From Gammaproteobacteria bacterium (lineage in GTDB: Bacteria; Pseudomonadota; Gammaproteobacteria; Eutrophobiales; Eutrophobiaceae): a DNA stretch of 64,000 bases. Below, piece by piece: positions 15,135-26,945 of the stretch. Below the pieces are notes generated by a model. The model saw only the letters and a list, made by a program, of their open reading frames with translations, was not told the DNA's origin and searched no databases. Location: the NCBI GenBank assembly GCA_965221695.1, contig OZ244905.1, positions 1-64,000 on the forward strand. Direction: 5' to 3'. Numbering within the stretch: position 1 is the stretch's first letter; each line of letters starts with the position of its first letter. The translations under genes and the position numbers were made by a program.

Positions 15135-15491
15135 ATGTTGGAAAATTACCTGCCAATACTCATATTTCTGGTTGTGGGACTCGTTTTCGGATGCATTCTG
15201 TTTGTCCTGGGCTATTTCCTGGGGCCTAATCGCCCTGACAGCGCCAAACAGTCTCCTTATGAATGCGGTTTTGACGCGTTTGAAGACGCCAGGATGCAGT
15301 TTGATGTCCGCTATTATCTGATCGCTATTCTATTCATCATTTTTGACCTGGAAATCGCTTTTTTCTTTCCTTGGGCGGTGGCCTTGCGCGATGTGGGAAT
15401 AGTCGGGTTCTGGGCTATGATGCTGTTTCTTGCGATATTAGTAGTCGGGTTTATCTATGAGTGGCGTAAAGGAGCGCTGGAATGGGAGTGA
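15135..15491 (+). CDS. nuoA: NADH-quinone oxidoreductase subunit A
   Basis: [25 protein letters not shown]. Confidence 0.96.
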   Translation: MLENYLPILIFLVVGLVFGCILFVLGYFLGPNRPDSAKQSPYECGFDAFEDARMQFDVRYYLIAILFIIFDLEIAFFFPWAVALRDVGIVGFWAMMLFLAILVVGFIYEWRKGALEWE

Positions 15492-15991
15492 CGCAGGAGC
15501 AGGAAATGCGCCCTGAAGAGAAAATTCATCACCAGGGCATTGTTACCACCACGGTGGATAATCTGGTGAACTGGGCGCGCACCGGCTCTTTGTGGCCGAT
15601 GACGTTCGGCCTTGCCTGTTGCGCGGTGGAGATGATGCACGCCGGCGCGGCCCGTTACGACCTGGACCGCTTCGGTGTGATTTTTCGTCCCAGCCCCAGG
15701 CAATCTGACGTAATGATCGTGGCTGGCACCCTGGTCAACAAGATGGCGCCGGCCCTGCGCCGGGTCTATGACCAGATGCCGGACCCCAAGTGGGTCATCT
15801 CCATGGGTTCTTGCGCGAACGGCGGCGGCTATTATCATTATTCTTACTCCGTTGTGCGCGGCTGTGATCGAATCGTTCCGGTGGATATCTATGTGCCGGG
15901 CTGTCCCCCTACGGCAGAGGCTCTGCTGTTCGGTGTGTTGCAATTACAGAAAAAGATCAAGCGTACCAGCGCCAATACGATAAGAAGATAG
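15482..15991 (+). CDS. nuoB: NADH-quinone oxidoreductase subunit B
   Basis: [30 protein letters not shown]. Confidence 0.96.
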   Translation: MGVTQEQEMRPEEKIHHQGIVTTTVDNLVNWARTGSLWPMTFGLACCAVEMMHAGAARYDLDRFGVIFRPSPRQSDVMIVAGTLVNKMAPALRRVYDQMPDPKWVISMGSCANGGGYYHYSYSVVRGCDRIVPVDIYVPGCPPTAEALLFGVLQLQKKIKRTSANTIRR

Positions 15992-16005
15992 GAACGTTTT
16001 TTCAC

Positions 16006-16677
16006 ATGGATACGCTTCTCAACGATCTGCGCGAACGTCTGGGCGCTAAAATCGTCAAAGACAAGGAGGAGGCGGGCCAACTTACCATAGAGGTCAACGC
16101 CGCCGATATTGCCGAAGTCTGCCTCATTCTCAGGGACGACAAAGCTCTTGCGTTCAACCAGTTGAGCGACTTATGCGGTGTGGATTACCTTTCCTATGGC
16201 AAGGCGGATTGGGAAACCCAGAACACGACTCAGACCGGTTTCAGCCGCGGTGTCAGCCAGGGCGTATATATCGATACCCAGGACCTTGAAGACCGTTTCG
16301 CGGTGGTTTATCACCTGTTGTCGCTGAAACATAACCGGCGTTTGAGAACGCGCTGTTTTGTTTCCGGCCAACCGCCCAAGATCGCTTCGGTCACTCCCAT
16401 CTGGGCCGGCGCCAACTGGTTCGAGCGGGAAGTATTCGACCTGTACGGCATCCTGTTCGACGAGCATCCGGACCTGCGGCGTATCCTCACCGATTACGGT
16501 TTCAGGGGGCATCCGTTCCGCAAGGATTTTCCATTGGAAGGCAATGTGGAAGTCCGTTACGACCCGGAACAAAAGCGAGTTGTCTACCAGCCGGTTAGCA
16601 TCAAAAACCGGGTGCTTGTGCCCAAGACAATTCGGCACGATAACCGCTATGCCAAAGGGGATGCAACAGATGCCTGA
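16006..16677 (+). CDS. nuoC: NADH-quinone oxidoreductase subunit C
   Basis: [33 protein letters not shown]. Confidence 0.96.
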   Translation: MDTLLNDLRERLGAKIVKDKEEAGQLTIEVNAADIAEVCLILRDDKALAFNQLSDLCGVDYLSYGKADWETQNTTQTGFSRGVSQGVYIDTQDLEDRFAVVYHLLSLKHNRRLRTRCFVSGQPPKIASVTPIWAGANWFEREVFDLYGILFDEHPDLRRILTDYGFRGHPFRKDFPLEGNVEVRYDPEQKRVVYQPVSIKNRVLVPKTIRHDNRYAKGDATDA

Positions 16678-17923
16678 AATTCGCAACATGACCATGAATT
16701 TCGGCCCCCAACATCCGGCTGCGCACGGTGTGTTGCGTCTGGTCCTGGAGATGGACGGCGAGGTGATTGAACGCGCCGACCCGCATATCGGGTTGTTGCA
16801 TCGGGCTACCGAAAAACTGGCTGAGAGCAAACCCTATAACCAGAGTATCGGGTACATGGACCGGCTCGATTACGTGTCCATGATGTGCAATGAGCATGCC
16901 TATGTGCTTGCAATTGAAAAACTTCTGGGCATCACTCCACCTATCCGCGCCCGTTATATCCGGGTCATGTTCGATGAGATCACTCGTGTGCTCAATCATC
17001 TTATGTGGTTGGGCGCGCACGGCCTTGATATCGGCGCGATGAGTATGTTCCTGTATTGCTTCCGGGAACGCGAGGACCTGATGGACTGCTACGAGGCAGT
17101 ATCAGGCACAAGAATGCACGCCACCTATTACCGTCCAGGCGGGGTATATCGCGATTTGCCTGCGACAATGCCGCGCTACCAGACGACTGTAAACCGATCA
17201 AAAGCTGAAGTGGACAGCATGAACGAGACGCGCCAGGGTTCGCTGCTTGATTTTATCGCGGCATTCATCGAACGATTTCCGGCTCGCATCGACGAATACG
17301 AAACCCTGCTGACCGATAACCGTATCTGGAAACAACGCACGGTAGGGATTGGCGTTGTCGCGCCGGAGCGAGCCATAGAACTCGGTTTTACCGGCCCCAT
17401 GTTGCGCGGTTCGGGAGTGGAATGGGACTTGCGCAGAAAACAGCCTTACGAGGTGTACGATCAACTGGAATTTGCCATCCCGGTCGGCGTCAACGGCGAT
17501 TGTTACGACCGTTACCTGGTACGTGTGGAAGAGATGCGTCAGTCGACTGTGATCATCAGGCAATGTGTGGATTGGTTGCGGAACAATCACGGACCAGTGA
17601 TCATCGATGACAATAAACTTGTCCCGCCGCGACGGGAGATCATGAAGGATGACATGGAGTCGTTAATCCATCACTTCAAACTGTTCACCGAAGGTTACTG
17701 CGTGCCGGAAGGGGAGGTATATGCAGCCGTAGAGCATCCGAAAGGAGAGTTTGGGATTTACCTGATCTCTGACGGCGCCAACAAACCTTATCGGCTGAAA
17801 GTGCGCGCGCCAGGATTTGTGCACTTGTCGTCCTTGGATGAGATGGTGCGGGGTCATATGCTGGCGGATGTGGTGGCGGTGATTGGGACGCAGGACATTG
17901 TTTTTGGCGAGGTCGATCGCTGA
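16670..17923 (+). CDS. nuoD: NADH-quinone oxidoreductase subunit D
   Basis: [23 protein letters not shown]-terminal DIVFGEVDR. The start is taken at MPEIRN. Confidence 0.96.
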   Translation: MPEIRNMTMNFGPQHPAAHGVLRLVLEMDGEVIERADPHIGLLHRATEKLAESKPYNQSIGYMDRLDYVSMMCNEHAYVLAIEKLLGITPPIRARYIRVMFDEITRVLNHLMWLGAHGLDIGAMSMFLYCFREREDLMDCYEAVSGTRMHATYYRPGGVYRDLPATMPRYQTTVNRSKAEVDSMNETRQGSLLDFIAAFIERFPARIDEYETLLTDNRIWKQRTVGIGVVAPERAIELGFTGPMLRGSGVEWDLRRKQPYEVYDQLEFAIPVGVNGDCYDRYLVRVEEMRQSTVIIRQCVDWLRNNHGPVIIDDNKLVPPRREIMKDDMESLIHHFKLFTEGYCVPEGEVYAAVEHPKGEFGIYLISDGANKPYRLKVRAPGFVHLSSLDEMVRGHMLADVVAVIGTQDIVFGEVDR

Positions 17924-18048
17924 TGAAAGCCAGCCAGTTGGCCGATTACTTCGTTGCTCCACGCTTTTTGAATGCTCATGTATTATTTATACACTGCGCT
18001 TCAAAAACCATGTCGCGCCTCGTTCTCGGCCAACTGGCTGGCTTTCAT
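17923..18048. repeat. 126 bp palindromic element between nuoD and nuoE
   Basis: Perfect 23 bp inverted repeat ATGAAAGCCAGCCAGTTGGCCGA (17923-17945 and 18026-18048), with an inner TTTTTGAA/TTCAAAAA stem. Confidence 0.75.
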
Positions 18049-18104
18049 AGGCAATTGAGCGATTACTTCGTTGCTAAATCTCAAGACCTTTGGGGCTGTG
18101 TGAA

Positions 18105-18590
18105 ATGAGCAAGAGTTTGTCAAGACAAACGCGTGCGCAGATCGATCGTTGGCTCGCGATCTTTCCGGCGGAGCGCAGGCAATCCGCCGTGCTCGCGGCT
18201 TTGCGCGAAACGCAGCATCAGAACGGTGGCTATCTTACCCGGGATTTGATGGATGCGGTGGCTGACTACCTGGGTATGCCGCGTATCGCCGTTTATGAAG
18301 TTGCCAGTTTTTATTCCATGCTGGAGACCGAACCCTGCGGCCGTCACAGCGTTTCGGTGTGCACCAATATTTCCTGCATGCTGCGCGGCGCGGATGAGAT
18401 CCTCGCTTATATTGAAAATAAACTGGGAATAAAAGTCGGAGAGAGCACTACAGACAACCGTATTTACCTGAAGCAGGAAGAGGAATGCCTGGCGGCCTGT
18501 TGTGGGGCGCCCATGATGATGGTGGATCACAAATACTACGAGAACCTGACTCCCGAACTGGTGGATCAGGCGCTGGACGGATTGGAATAA
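18105..18590 (+). CDS. nuoE: NADH-quinone oxidoreductase subunit E
   Basis: [20 protein letters not shown] [2Fe-2S] motifs. Confidence 0.95.
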   Translation: MSKSLSRQTRAQIDRWLAIFPAERRQSAVLAALRETQHQNGGYLTRDLMDAVADYLGMPRIAVYEVASFYSMLETEPCGRHSVSVCTNISCMLRGADEILAYIENKLGIKVGESTTDNRIYLKQEEECLAACCGAPMMMVDHKYYENLTPELVDQALDGLE

Positions 18591-19882
18591 TGCGGCGCAG
18601 AGACATCAATTCGGTCTGTTACGCTACCCTGAAATTCAGCCAGCCCTGGACTCTGGAAAATTACTACCAGGTGGACGGGTATGAAGCCTGGAAAAAGATC
18701 CTGCATGAAAAGATACCACCCCGACAGGTTACCGAAGAACTGAAGGGATCGGGCCTGCGCGGGCGCGGCGGCGCCGGCTTTCCCACCGGCCTGAAATGGA
18801 GCTTTATGAATCCCGATGCGCCGAACCCGAAATATGTGGTGTGCAATTCCGATGAAAGCGAACCCGGCACCTGCAAGGACAGGGATATTCTCCGTTTCAA
18901 CCCCCATTCCCTGGTTGAAGGTATGGCCATTGCCTGTTATGCCATGGGCGCGTCAGTGGCCTATAATTATATCCGCGGCGAATTCATGGATGAGCCGTAT
19001 CAGCGTTTTGAGACTGCTTTGCAGGAGGCATACGCTGCGGGTTATCTGGGCAAGGATATCCTGGGTTCCGGAGTGGATATCGATATCTATGCAACACTGG
19101 GCGCGGGCGCTTATATCTGCGGCGAAGAAATGGCATTGCTGGAATCCCTGGAAGGCAAGCCCGGCAAGCCGCGTTTCAAGCCGCCGTTTCCGGCGCAATA
19201 CGGCTTGTATGGCAAACCCACAACGGTGAACAATACGGAGAGTTTCAGCTCTGCGCCGGCAATCATACTGAAAGGCGCCAAGTGGTTTGCCAATCTTGGC
19301 GTGGAGAACAGCGGCGGGACCAAGTGCTTTTCTGTGAGCGGTCATGTGCAGAAACCGGGTAATTTTGAAGTCCCGCTGGGCACGCCGTTCCGCGAGCTGC
19401 TGCAAATGGCTGGCGGCGTATGGCGCGGTCGGCAGTTGAAAGCGGTCATACCGGGCGGTTCGTCAGTGCCGGTGGTGCCGGGTGAAATCATGCTAGATGC
19501 CAATATGGATTATGACTCCTTGCGCGCGCTAGGGTCTTCCGTCGGTTCCGGCGCGGTGGTAGTCATGGACGAGACCACTTGTATGGTGAGGATGCTGCAA
19601 CGCATCTCCCGATTTTATTTTGCTGAGTCCTGCGGGCAATGCACTCCTTGCCGGGAGGGCACAGGCTGGTTATACCGCATGTTGACTCGCATTGTAGACG
19701 GTCAGGGACGTATGGAAGACCTGGATAAGCTGGTCGATGTGGCCAACAAGATAGAAGGACGGACTATCTGCGCCTTGGGCGATGCCGCGGCGTGGCCGGT
19801 GCAGAGCTTCATGAAACACTACCGGCAGGAGTTTGAATATATGATTGAGAACGCAGGACAAAGCATGGTCAATGCAGGGTGA
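18590..19882 (+). CDS. nuoF: NADH-quinone oxidoreductase subunit F
   Basis: [43 protein letters not shown]. Confidence 0.96.
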   Translation: MRRRDINSVCYATLKFSQPWTLENYYQVDGYEAWKKILHEKIPPRQVTEELKGSGLRGRGGAGFPTGLKWSFMNPDAPNPKYVVCNSDESEPGTCKDRDILRFNPHSLVEGMAIACYAMGASVAYNYIRGEFMDEPYQRFETALQEAYAAGYLGKDILGSGVDIDIYATLGAGAYICGEEMALLESLEGKPGKPRFKPPFPAQYGLYGKPTTVNNTESFSSAPAIILKGAKWFANLGVENSGGTKCFSVSGHVQKPGNFEVPLGTPFRELLQMAGGVWRGRQLKAVIPGGSSVPVVPGEIMLDANMDYDSLRALGSSVGSGAVVVMDETTCMVRMLQRISRFYFAESCGQCTPCREGTGWLYRMLTRIVDGQGRMEDLDKLVDVANKIEGRTICALGDAAAWPVQSFMKHYRQEFEYMIENAGQSMVNAG

Positions 19883-19891
19883 CGAATACAG

Positions 19892-22267
19892 ATGTCTGAC
19901 AGTTCGCTGACAATAGAAATTGACGGTAAGCAGGTGGAAGCCAGCCCGGGCCAGATGCTTATTGAAGTGACGGACCGGGTCGGTAATTACGTGCCGCGTT
20001 TCTGTTACCACAACAAGCTGAGCGTTGCCGCGAATTGCCGTATGTGCCTGGTGGAAGTGGAGAAGGCGCCGAAACCATTGCCCGCCTGCGCCACGCCGGT
20101 AATGAATGGCATGAAAGTCCATACCCGATCGGAATTGGCCTTGGATGCGCAGAAATCGGTAATGGAATTTCTGCTCATCAACCATCCCCTGGATTGCCCC
20201 ATCTGTGACCAGGGCGGGGAATGCGAATTGCAGGATCTGGCTATGGGTTACGGCAGGGATGTGTCGCGCTACCAGGAAAAGAAACGGGTAGTGCAGGACA
20301 AGAATATCGGTCCCCTGGTGCAGACGGACATGACCCGCTGCATTCACTGTACCCGTTGTGTGCGTTTTGGAGAGGAGATCGCCGGTCTGAGGGAGCTGGG
20401 CGCAATCGGACGCAGTGAGTTCATGGAGATCAGCGCTTATGTTGAAGAAAGCATGGTCTCCGAGTTGTCCGGTAACGTGATTGACCTGTGCCCGGTGGGC
20501 GCGCTGACCTCCAAACCATTTCGATATACTGCCCGAGCCTGGGAGATGACCCAGCATAGCGGCATTGCAGTCCACGACGGTGTGGGCTCAAATATTCATT
20601 TTCATGTAAAAAACGACCGGGTCAAGCGTGTTGTCCCAGCAGAGAATGAGGCTGTCAACGAGGTCTGGTTATCCGACCGCGATCGTTTCAGTTATGAAGG
20701 GCTGAACAGCCGCAAACGGCTGATGTCCCCCATGATCAAGCAAGAGCAGGGCTGGCAGGAAGTAGACTGGCAAACCGCGCTGCAACATATCGCCGGCAGG
20801 CTACGCTCTGTTATTGCGCAGCGCGGCACCGACCAGGTCGGCGCGTTGGTTTCTCCTTCGTCCACTTGCGAGGAGTTATATCTGGCGCAGAAGTTTATGC
20901 GGGGCATCGGCTCCGGGAATATCGACCACCGCTTACGGCAAGCTGATTTCACCGATCAGGATGCCGCGCCGGCTTGCCCGGGACTGGGGATCTCCCTCTC
21001 CGAGGTTGAGCAGTTGGATGCCGTCCTGATCGTCGGCGGGTTTCCGCGCAAGGATCAGCCCTTGTTCAACCACCGCTTGCGCAAGGCCGCGCTGAATGGC
21101 GCGCAGGTGATGGCCATCAATCCGGTTGCCTTCAGTTTCAATTATGAAGTTGCTCATCAGCATATTGTGGCGCCGAATCAGCTTGCATTCGAACTGGCAG
21201 CGACGCTCAAGGCAACGTTTGCCGACGCGCATATGGATGCTGCGCTCGAAACCCTGTTGAGCGATATTCGGCCGACCGTCAGACACAGGAACATTGCCCA
21301 AACGCTTGCCGGAGCCGGCAAGGCGGCTGTGTTCATAGGCGGTTTGGGTATCTCCAACCCGCAACTATCCCAACTGCGTTTCCTGGCCGCGCGCCTGGCG
21401 CGACAGGTATCCGGCACATTGGGTTTCCTGGAGTACGGAGCGAACAGCGCCGGCGCCTGGCTGGCAGGCGCCGTGCCCCACCGGTTGCCTGGTGGCGCGC
21501 CAGCCGCTGCGCAAGGTCTGGACGCCTTATCCATGCTGACCAAGCAACTGGCGGCCTACCTGTTGCTGGACGTAGAGCCGGAATTGGATTTTTATGACGG
21601 GAAACTGGCTCGTGAGGCGCTGGCCAAAGCGGAGTGTGTCATCGCTGTCAGCGGCTATCGGCGCGCGGCAGAATATGCCGATGTGTTGTTGCCTATGGCC
21701 TTATATGCAGAAAATTCAGGCTCATATCTCAATATGGAAGGTCAGAAGCAATATTTAAACGCGGCGGTGTCCGCTCCGGGCCGCGCCCGCCCGGCCTGGC
21801 ACATCATAGACACACTAGCGCACGAGTTGGGTCTGTCAGACTTCGGTCACAAGGAATTCGGAGAAGTCCGCGCGCAGGTTGCCGCAGTCACGGGCATACC
21901 GGAGCGGGATAATGCAGGTAGCTGGAACATGCCGGAAGCGCTCATCCTGGACAAAGAGAGCGAGGCTCTTCAGCGTATCGGTTATGTGCCCATGAATTCC
22001 GTCGACTCGCTGGCGCGCCATGCGCCGGCGCTGCAACAGACCGAAGATGTTGCTGACGATTCTGTTCGCATAAATCAGAAAACTGCCAAAAAGATTGGAT
22101 TGGGCAAAGTGGAGCGGGTCAAGGTCGCTGGCCAGGATGCCGAGTTGCTGCTTCCCTTGATCATTGATGACGCGGTGGCGGACGATTCGGCGCTAATACA
22201 CGGCGGCCATGCCGGTAACGCCAGGCTGGGTCCATTATCGGGTCCGGTTTCACTGATTCCTGGCTAG
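19892..22267 (+). CDS. nuoG: NADH-quinone oxidoreductase subunit G
   Basis: PRFCYH...ANCRMC, NHPLDCPICDQGGEC, RCIHCTRC. Confidence 0.96.
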   Translation: MSDSSLTIEIDGKQVEASPGQMLIEVTDRVGNYVPRFCYHNKLSVAANCRMCLVEVEKAPKPLPACATPVMNGMKVHTRSELALDAQKSVMEFLLINHPLDCPICDQGGECELQDLAMGYGRDVSRYQEKKRVVQDKNIGPLVQTDMTRCIHCTRCVRFGEEIAGLRELGAIGRSEFMEISAYVEESMVSELSGNVIDLCPVGALTSKPFRYTARAWEMTQHSGIAVHDGVGSNIHFHVKNDRVKRVVPAENEAVNEVWLSDRDRFSYEGLNSRKRLMSPMIKQEQGWQEVDWQTALQHIAGRLRSVIAQRGTDQVGALVSPSSTCEELYLAQKFMRGIGSGNIDHRLRQADFTDQDAAPACPGLGISLSEVEQLDAVLIVGGFPRKDQPLFNHRLRKAALNGAQVMAINPVAFSFNYEVAHQHIVAPNQLAFELAATLKATFADAHMDAALETLLSDIRPTVRHRNIAQTLAGAGKAAVFIGGLGISNPQLSQLRFLAARLARQVSGTLGFLEYGANSAGAWLAGAVPHRLPGGAPAAAQGLDALSMLTKQLAAYLLLDVEPELDFYDGKLAREALAKAECVIAVSGYRRAAEYADVLLPMALYAENSGSYLNMEGQKQYLNAAVSAPGRARPAWHIIDTLAHELGLSDFGHKEFGEVRAQVAAVTGIPERDNAGSWNMPEALILDKESEALQRIGYVPMNSVDSLARHAPALQQTEDVADDSVRINQKTAKKIGLGKVERVKVAGQDAELLLPLIIDDAVADDSALIHGGHAGNARLGPLSGPVSLIPG

Positions 22268-22279
22268 GCGTTCGCAGCC

Positions 22280-23398
22280 ATGTTTGAGAAACTATTCAAC
22301 CTGCTCAGCGATTACCTGCTTGCCCCGGTGGTTACTCTGCTCGTTCCTGACAGCTATGTGTCGGATACGCTCTACACTTTGGAAGTCCTGGTCAAAATAA
22401 CCGCCATCTTGCTTCCCCTGCTGTTTTGCGTTGCTTACCTGACTTACGCTGAGCGCAAGATCATCGGTTATATCCAGTGCCGGCTCGGCCCGAACCGGGT
22501 TGGGTTTTTCGGCTTTCGCCTATGGGGCCTGGGTCAGCCTATTGCCGATGCAGTCAAGCTCATCTTCAAGGAAATCATTATTCCGGCCGGCGCCAACAAA
22601 CGCTTGTTTGTCAGTGCGCCGATACTTGCCATGGCGCCCTCCCTGGCTGCCTGGGCGGTGATACCCTTTGATGAAACTCTGGTGTTGGCTGATATTAATG
22701 CGGGGTTGTTGTACATCCTGGCGTTGACCTCGTTGGCCGTATACGGCGTGATCATCGCCGGCTGGGCTTCAAACTCCAAGTATGCGTTTCTGGGCGCGAT
22801 GCGTTCCGCTGCCCAGATAGTCTCGTACGAGATTGCCATGGGATTTGCGCTCGTGTGTGTGCTTATTGCCGCGGGCAGTTTAAATCTGGGTCGGATTACC
22901 GCGGCGCAAAGCGGCAGCTTCCTGCACTGGTACTGGCTGCCGTTGTTGCCCATCTTTCTGGTGTACTTTATTTCCGGTGTGGCCGAGACCAACAGGGCGC
23001 CGTTTGACGTGGCCGAGGGCGAATCGGAACTGGTGGCAGGCTTCCATGTTGAATACGGCGGTATGGCGTTTTCTATTTTCTTCATGGCGGAATATGCCAA
23101 TATGGTACTCATATCCGTTCTCACAGCCCTGCTGTTCTGTGGGGGCTGGCTGTCTCCCTTCCAGGGACTGCCGTTGCTGGGAGACATGCCTTTTCTAAGC
23201 GAACCGAACATCATCTGGCTCCTGATCAAAACATCGGTGTTCCTGTTCCTGTTCCTGTGGTTCAGAGCGACATTTCCCCGTTACCGTTATGACCAGATCA
23301 TGCGCCTGGGCTGGAAGGTATTCCTGCCCATTACCATCATATGGATTGTAGTGGTGTCCGGAATGGTCATCGCCGAAGTTCCTCCCTGGTTCAATTGA
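22280..23398 (+). CDS. nuoH: NADH-quinone oxidoreductase subunit H
   Basis: ERK...[33 protein letters not shown]. Confidence 0.96.
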   Translation: MFEKLFNLLSDYLLAPVVTLLVPDSYVSDTLYTLEVLVKITAILLPLLFCVAYLTYAERKIIGYIQCRLGPNRVGFFGFRLWGLGQPIADAVKLIFKEIIIPAGANKRLFVSAPILAMAPSLAAWAVIPFDETLVLADINAGLLYILALTSLAVYGVIIAGWASNSKYAFLGAMRSAAQIVSYEIAMGFALVCVLIAAGSLNLGRITAAQSGSFLHWYWLPLLPIFLVYFISGVAETNRAPFDVAEGESELVAGFHVEYGGMAFSIFFMAEYANMVLISVLTALLFCGGWLSPFQGLPLLGDMPFLSEPNIIWLLIKTSVFLFLFLWFRATFPRYRYDQIMRLGWKVFLPITIIWIVVVSGMVIAEVPPWFN

Positions 23399-23967
23399 TG
23401 AGTGTGAATGCCATGAACGTCAAGCTGAAAGCGCTGCCGGAATTAATCGGCAATATGTCCCGGCTCTCCGGCGGTTATCCGGCAAGAGTTAAAGAATATT
23501 TACGTAGCTTGTTGTTGTGGGAACTGTTGAAGGGACTGCGTTTGACCGGACGCTACCTGTTCAGGCGCAAGATCACTGTGCAGTATCCGGAGGAAAAAAC
23601 GCCTCAGTCGCCCCGTTTCCGCGGGCTTCATGCTTTGCGCCGATATCCGAACGGCGAGGAGCGCTGCATTGCCTGCAAATTGTGCGAGGCTGTCTGTCCG
23701 GCGGTTGCCATCACCATTGAATCCGAACAGCGGGATGACGGCACGCGCAGAACCACTCGCTACGACATAGATTTGGCAAAGTGTATTTTTTGCGGCTTCT
23801 GCGAGGAATCATGCCCGGTGGACTCCATCGTTGAGACGCGCATCTACGAATATCACGGAGAACAGCGCTCTGATCTGCTAATGACCAAGCAGAGGTTGTT
23901 GGAGATCGGCGACCTGGCGGAAGAACAGATAGCTCGGGACCGCGCTACCGAAGCGATCTACCGGTAA
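23398..23967 (+). CDS. nuoI: NADH-quinone oxidoreductase subunit I
   Basis: [12 protein letters not shown] and [12 protein letters not shown]. The start codon is uncertain. Confidence 0.94.
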   Translation: MSVNAMNVKLKALPELIGNMSRLSGGYPARVKEYLRSLLLWELLKGLRLTGRYLFRRKITVQYPEEKTPQSPRFRGLHALRRYPNGEERCIACKLCEAVCPAVAITIESEQRDDGTRRTTRYDIDLAKCIFCGFCEESCPVDSIVETRIYEYHGEQRSDLLMTKQRLLEIGDLAEEQIARDRATEAIYR

Positions 23968-24048
23968 CGAATGAACATCTTAAATCACAGAGCGTTGGGT
24001 CAGCAGATGAACAATTCTATAGCCATTTTGGCGAATAATTAGACAGCG

Positions 24049-24657
24049 ATGCTGGAACAGTCCGTATTTTACATCTTTGCGGCGATGCTGGTCGTCTCGG
24101 CCTGCATGGTGATTTTTGCGCGCAATCCGGTGCATGCCGCGTTATTCCTGATCCTGTCATTCTTCTGTAGCGCAGCGATCTGGTTGATACTTGAGGCAGA
24201 ATTTCTGGCCATTGTGCTGATCCTGGTTTACGTCGGAGCGGTAATGGTGTTGTTCCTGTTTGTCGTGATGATGCTGGACATCAATATCTCCACGTTGCGC
24301 GCGGGTTTCTCCCGTTTTTTGCCTGTCGGTCTGTTAGTCGCGACGCTTATGCTTGTCGCCATGGGATTGATCGTCGGTGGCGGGGACCTGCTGCCTGACG
24401 CAGGCGCAGGCGCTGGCGCCGGCCAGCTTGAAGCCGATGCCGGCAATACCTGGTTGCTCGGCAAGACATTGTTTACTGAATATATTTATCCTTTTGAGGT
24501 GGCCGGGGCAATACTGCTGGTTGCGATCATTGCGGCGATTGGCCTGACATTGCGCGCGCCGCGCACACAACGCACACCAAAACCGGGTAAACAAGTCAGC
24601 ATTCAACGCGAGCAACGGGTGAAGATCGTCAACATGAAGACGGAAACGGGCAAATAA
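24049..24657 (+). CDS. nuoJ: NADH-quinone oxidoreductase subunit J
   Basis: NPVHAAL, VYVGAVMVLFLFVVMML, PFE. Confidence 0.95.
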   Translation: MLEQSVFYIFAAMLVVSACMVIFARNPVHAALFLILSFFCSAAIWLILEAEFLAIVLILVYVGAVMVLFLFVVMMLDINISTLRAGFSRFLPVGLLVATLMLVAMGLIVGGGDLLPDAGAGAGAGQLEADAGNTWLLGKTLFTEYIYPFEVAGAILLVAIIAAIGLTLRAPRTQRTPKPGKQVSIQREQRVKIVNMKTETGK

Positions 24658-24660
24658 CAG

Positions 24661-24966
24661 ATGATCGAACTCAGCGAAATCCTGACACTGGCCGCCATGC
24701 TTTTTTGCATCAGCGTGGCAGGCATCTTCATCAATAGAAAAAATATCATCATTTTATTAATGTGCATTGAATTGATGCTGTTGTCGGTGAATTTGAACTT
24801 CATAGCGTTTTCCCATTTTCTGGGGGATATACACGGCCAGGTTTTCGTTTTCTTCATCCTAACGGTTGCCGCGGCGGAAGCCGCAATCGGCCTGGCGATA
24901 CTGGTTGTGCTGTTCCGCAATCGGAATACCATCAACGTGATTGATCTGGATACTCTCAAGGGCTGA
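24661..24966 (+). CDS. nuoK: NADH-quinone oxidoreductase subunit K
   Basis: [20 protein letters not shown]. Confidence 0.96.
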   Translation: MIELSEILTLAAMLFCISVAGIFINRKNIIILLMCIELMLLSVNLNFIAFSHFLGDIHGQVFVFFILTVAAAEAAIGLAILVVLFRNRNTINVIDLDTLKG

Positions 24967-24967
24967 C

Positions 24968-26929
24968 ATGGAACAGATTTACCTTGCGATTGTGCTGGCG
25001 CCGTTGACCGGGGCGATTATCGCCGGCCTAGGCGGCAGCCTCATCGGCAGGCACGGCGCGCACCGGGTCGCCAATATCGGCGTTGGCATCTCCAGCGTCC
25101 TTTCCATGCTTGCCTATAAGCATCTCATGTTTGACGGAGGAGAGGTTTATAACGCGGATATTTACACCTGGCTGGAAGTTGGAGACTTGAGGTTTTCCGT
25201 GGGCTTCCTGGTGGACCGGCTGTCGGTGACGATGATGGTGGTGGTGAGTTTCGTCTCCTGGATGATCCATATCTATACTATCGGTTACATGCGGGATGAT
25301 CCGGGTTACCAGCGTTTTTTCAGTTATATATCCTTGTTCACCTTCGCGATGCTAATGCTGGTGATGTCGAATAACTTCGTCCAGTTATTTTTCGGCTGGG
25401 AAGCAGTCGGGCTGGTGTCATACCTGTTGATCGGTTTCTGGTTCAAGCGCGAATCCGCTATCTTTGCCGGCCTGAAAGCGTTCATCGTCAATCGGATAGG
25501 TGATTTCGGCTTTCTCATCGGGATAGCCGCGACGTTGATGTATTTCAATTCACTTGATTATATGCAGGTCTTCGGTCAGACCGGGGAGTTGAAAGACACG
25601 ACATTTTCCATGATTCCGGGAGTGGATTGGTCGGTATTGAGTTTCATCTGTATCTGCCTGTTTATCGGCGCTATGGGTAAATCCGCCCAGGTTCCGTTGC
25701 ATGTCTGGCTGCCAGACTCCATGGAAGGGCCGACGCCTATATCCGCGTTAATCCATGCGGCCACGATGGTGACGGCAGGAATCTTCATGGTCGCGCGCAT
25801 GTCGCCCTTATACGAGTTATCCGAAACTGCCCTCAGCCTGATTTTGCTGGTCGGCGCGCTCACTGCGTTTTTTATGGGTCTGTTAGGCCTGGCGCAGCAT
25901 GATATTAAACGAGTCATCGCTTATTCGACGCTGTCTCAGCTTGGATATATGACAGTGGCTCTAGGCGCGTCGGCCTACTCAATAGCAATCTTCCATCTGG
26001 TAACGCATGCTTTTTTCAAAGCGCTGCTGTTCCTGGCGGCGGGCTCAGTCATAATAGCGCTGCACCATGAGCAAGACATGCGCAAAATGGGTGGATTATA
26101 CCGATATATGCCGATCACCTGGTTTACCGCGTTGATTGGTTCGCTGGCCTTAGTCGGCTTTCCGCTTACTTCCGGATTTTTCTCCAAGGATGCCATCATC
26201 GAGGCTGTGCATTATTCGCAGCTTCCATTTTCCGATATAGCCTATCTGGCCGTGCTGGCTGGTGTGTTTATTACCGCGTTATATACTTTCCGCCTGTTTT
26301 TTATGACATTTCACGGCAAGGAGCGGATCGACCGGCATACCTGGCAGCAATTAAGTGAATCGCCGGGTGTGGTGACCTTTCCGCTGTTCATCCTGGCTAT
26401 TCCATCATTGGCAATCGGCGCCTACCTGGTGGAACCCATGGCGCTGGGCAATTACTATCAGGATGCGATATATGTGTCTGCCGAACATTCTGCCTGGTTC
26501 CATGAAATGACTTCCCATTATTCCGGCGCCCTCGATATTTTCCTGAATTCCTACAAGCACGCGCCGGTCTGGCTGATGTTGGCGGGGATTGTGGTTGCCT
26601 GGCTGTGTTACAGCCTCTGTCCACACTGGCCGGGCAGGGTTGCCAATTGGTTTGCTGTGGCTTACCGGCTGCTTGTCAGGAAGTATTATTTTGATGAAAT
26701 CTATCAGGTCGTATTTGTTGGCGGCGCACGCAACATCGGTAACGCGCTCTGGCAATGGGGTGACGCGCGCGTGATTGACAGTTTCCTGGTTAATGGCGCA
26801 GCCAGGGTGGTGCGCCGGTTATCCTCCTCGCTGCGGACGCTGCAAACCGGATACCTCTATCACTATGCGTTTGCGATGATTATCGGCTTGTTACTGCTGC
26901 TGGCAGTCTTTGCGCACCAGTTGATGTGA
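24968..26929 (+). CDS. nuoL: NADH-quinone oxidoreductase subunit L
   Basis: GWEAVGLVSYLLIGFW, GKSAQVPLHVWLPDSMEGPTP, HAFFKALLFL. Confidence 0.96.
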   Translation: MEQIYLAIVLAPLTGAIIAGLGGSLIGRHGAHRVANIGVGISSVLSMLAYKHLMFDGGEVYNADIYTWLEVGDLRFSVGFLVDRLSVTMMVVVSFVSWMIHIYTIGYMRDDPGYQRFFSYISLFTFAMLMLVMSNNFVQLFFGWEAVGLVSYLLIGFWFKRESAIFAGLKAFIVNRIGDFGFLIGIAATLMYFNSLDYMQVFGQTGELKDTTFSMIPGVDWSVLSFICICLFIGAMGKSAQVPLHVWLPDSMEGPTPISALIHAATMVTAGIFMVARMSPLYELSETALSLILLVGALTAFFMGLLGLAQHDIKRVIAYSTLSQLGYMTVALGASAYSIAIFHLVTHAFFKALLFLAAGSVIIALHHEQDMRKMGGLYRYMPITWFTALIGSLALVGFPLTSGFFSKDAIIEAVHYSQLPFSDIAYLAVLAGVFITALYTFRLFFMTFHGKERIDRHTWQQLSESPGVVTFPLFILAIPSLAIGAYLVEPMALGNYYQDAIYVSAEHSAWFHEMTSHYSGALDIFLNSYKHAPVWLMLAGIVVAWLCYSLCPHWPGRVANWFAVAYRLLVRKYYFDEIYQVVFVGGARNIGNALWQWGDARVIDSFLVNGAARVVRRLSSSLRTLQTGYLYHYAFAMIIGLLLLLAVFAHQLM

Positions 26930-26945
26930 ACCCGGATTGTCCAGT

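Noticed and set aside
19670-20575. 301 aa minus-strand ORF
   Set aside because: It is antisense to nuoF/nuoG.
24400-24423. GCAGGC/GCTGGC short repeat in nuoJ (AGAGAGAG)
   Set aside because: It is an imperfect low-complexity loop in a variable region, not a phase-variable tract.
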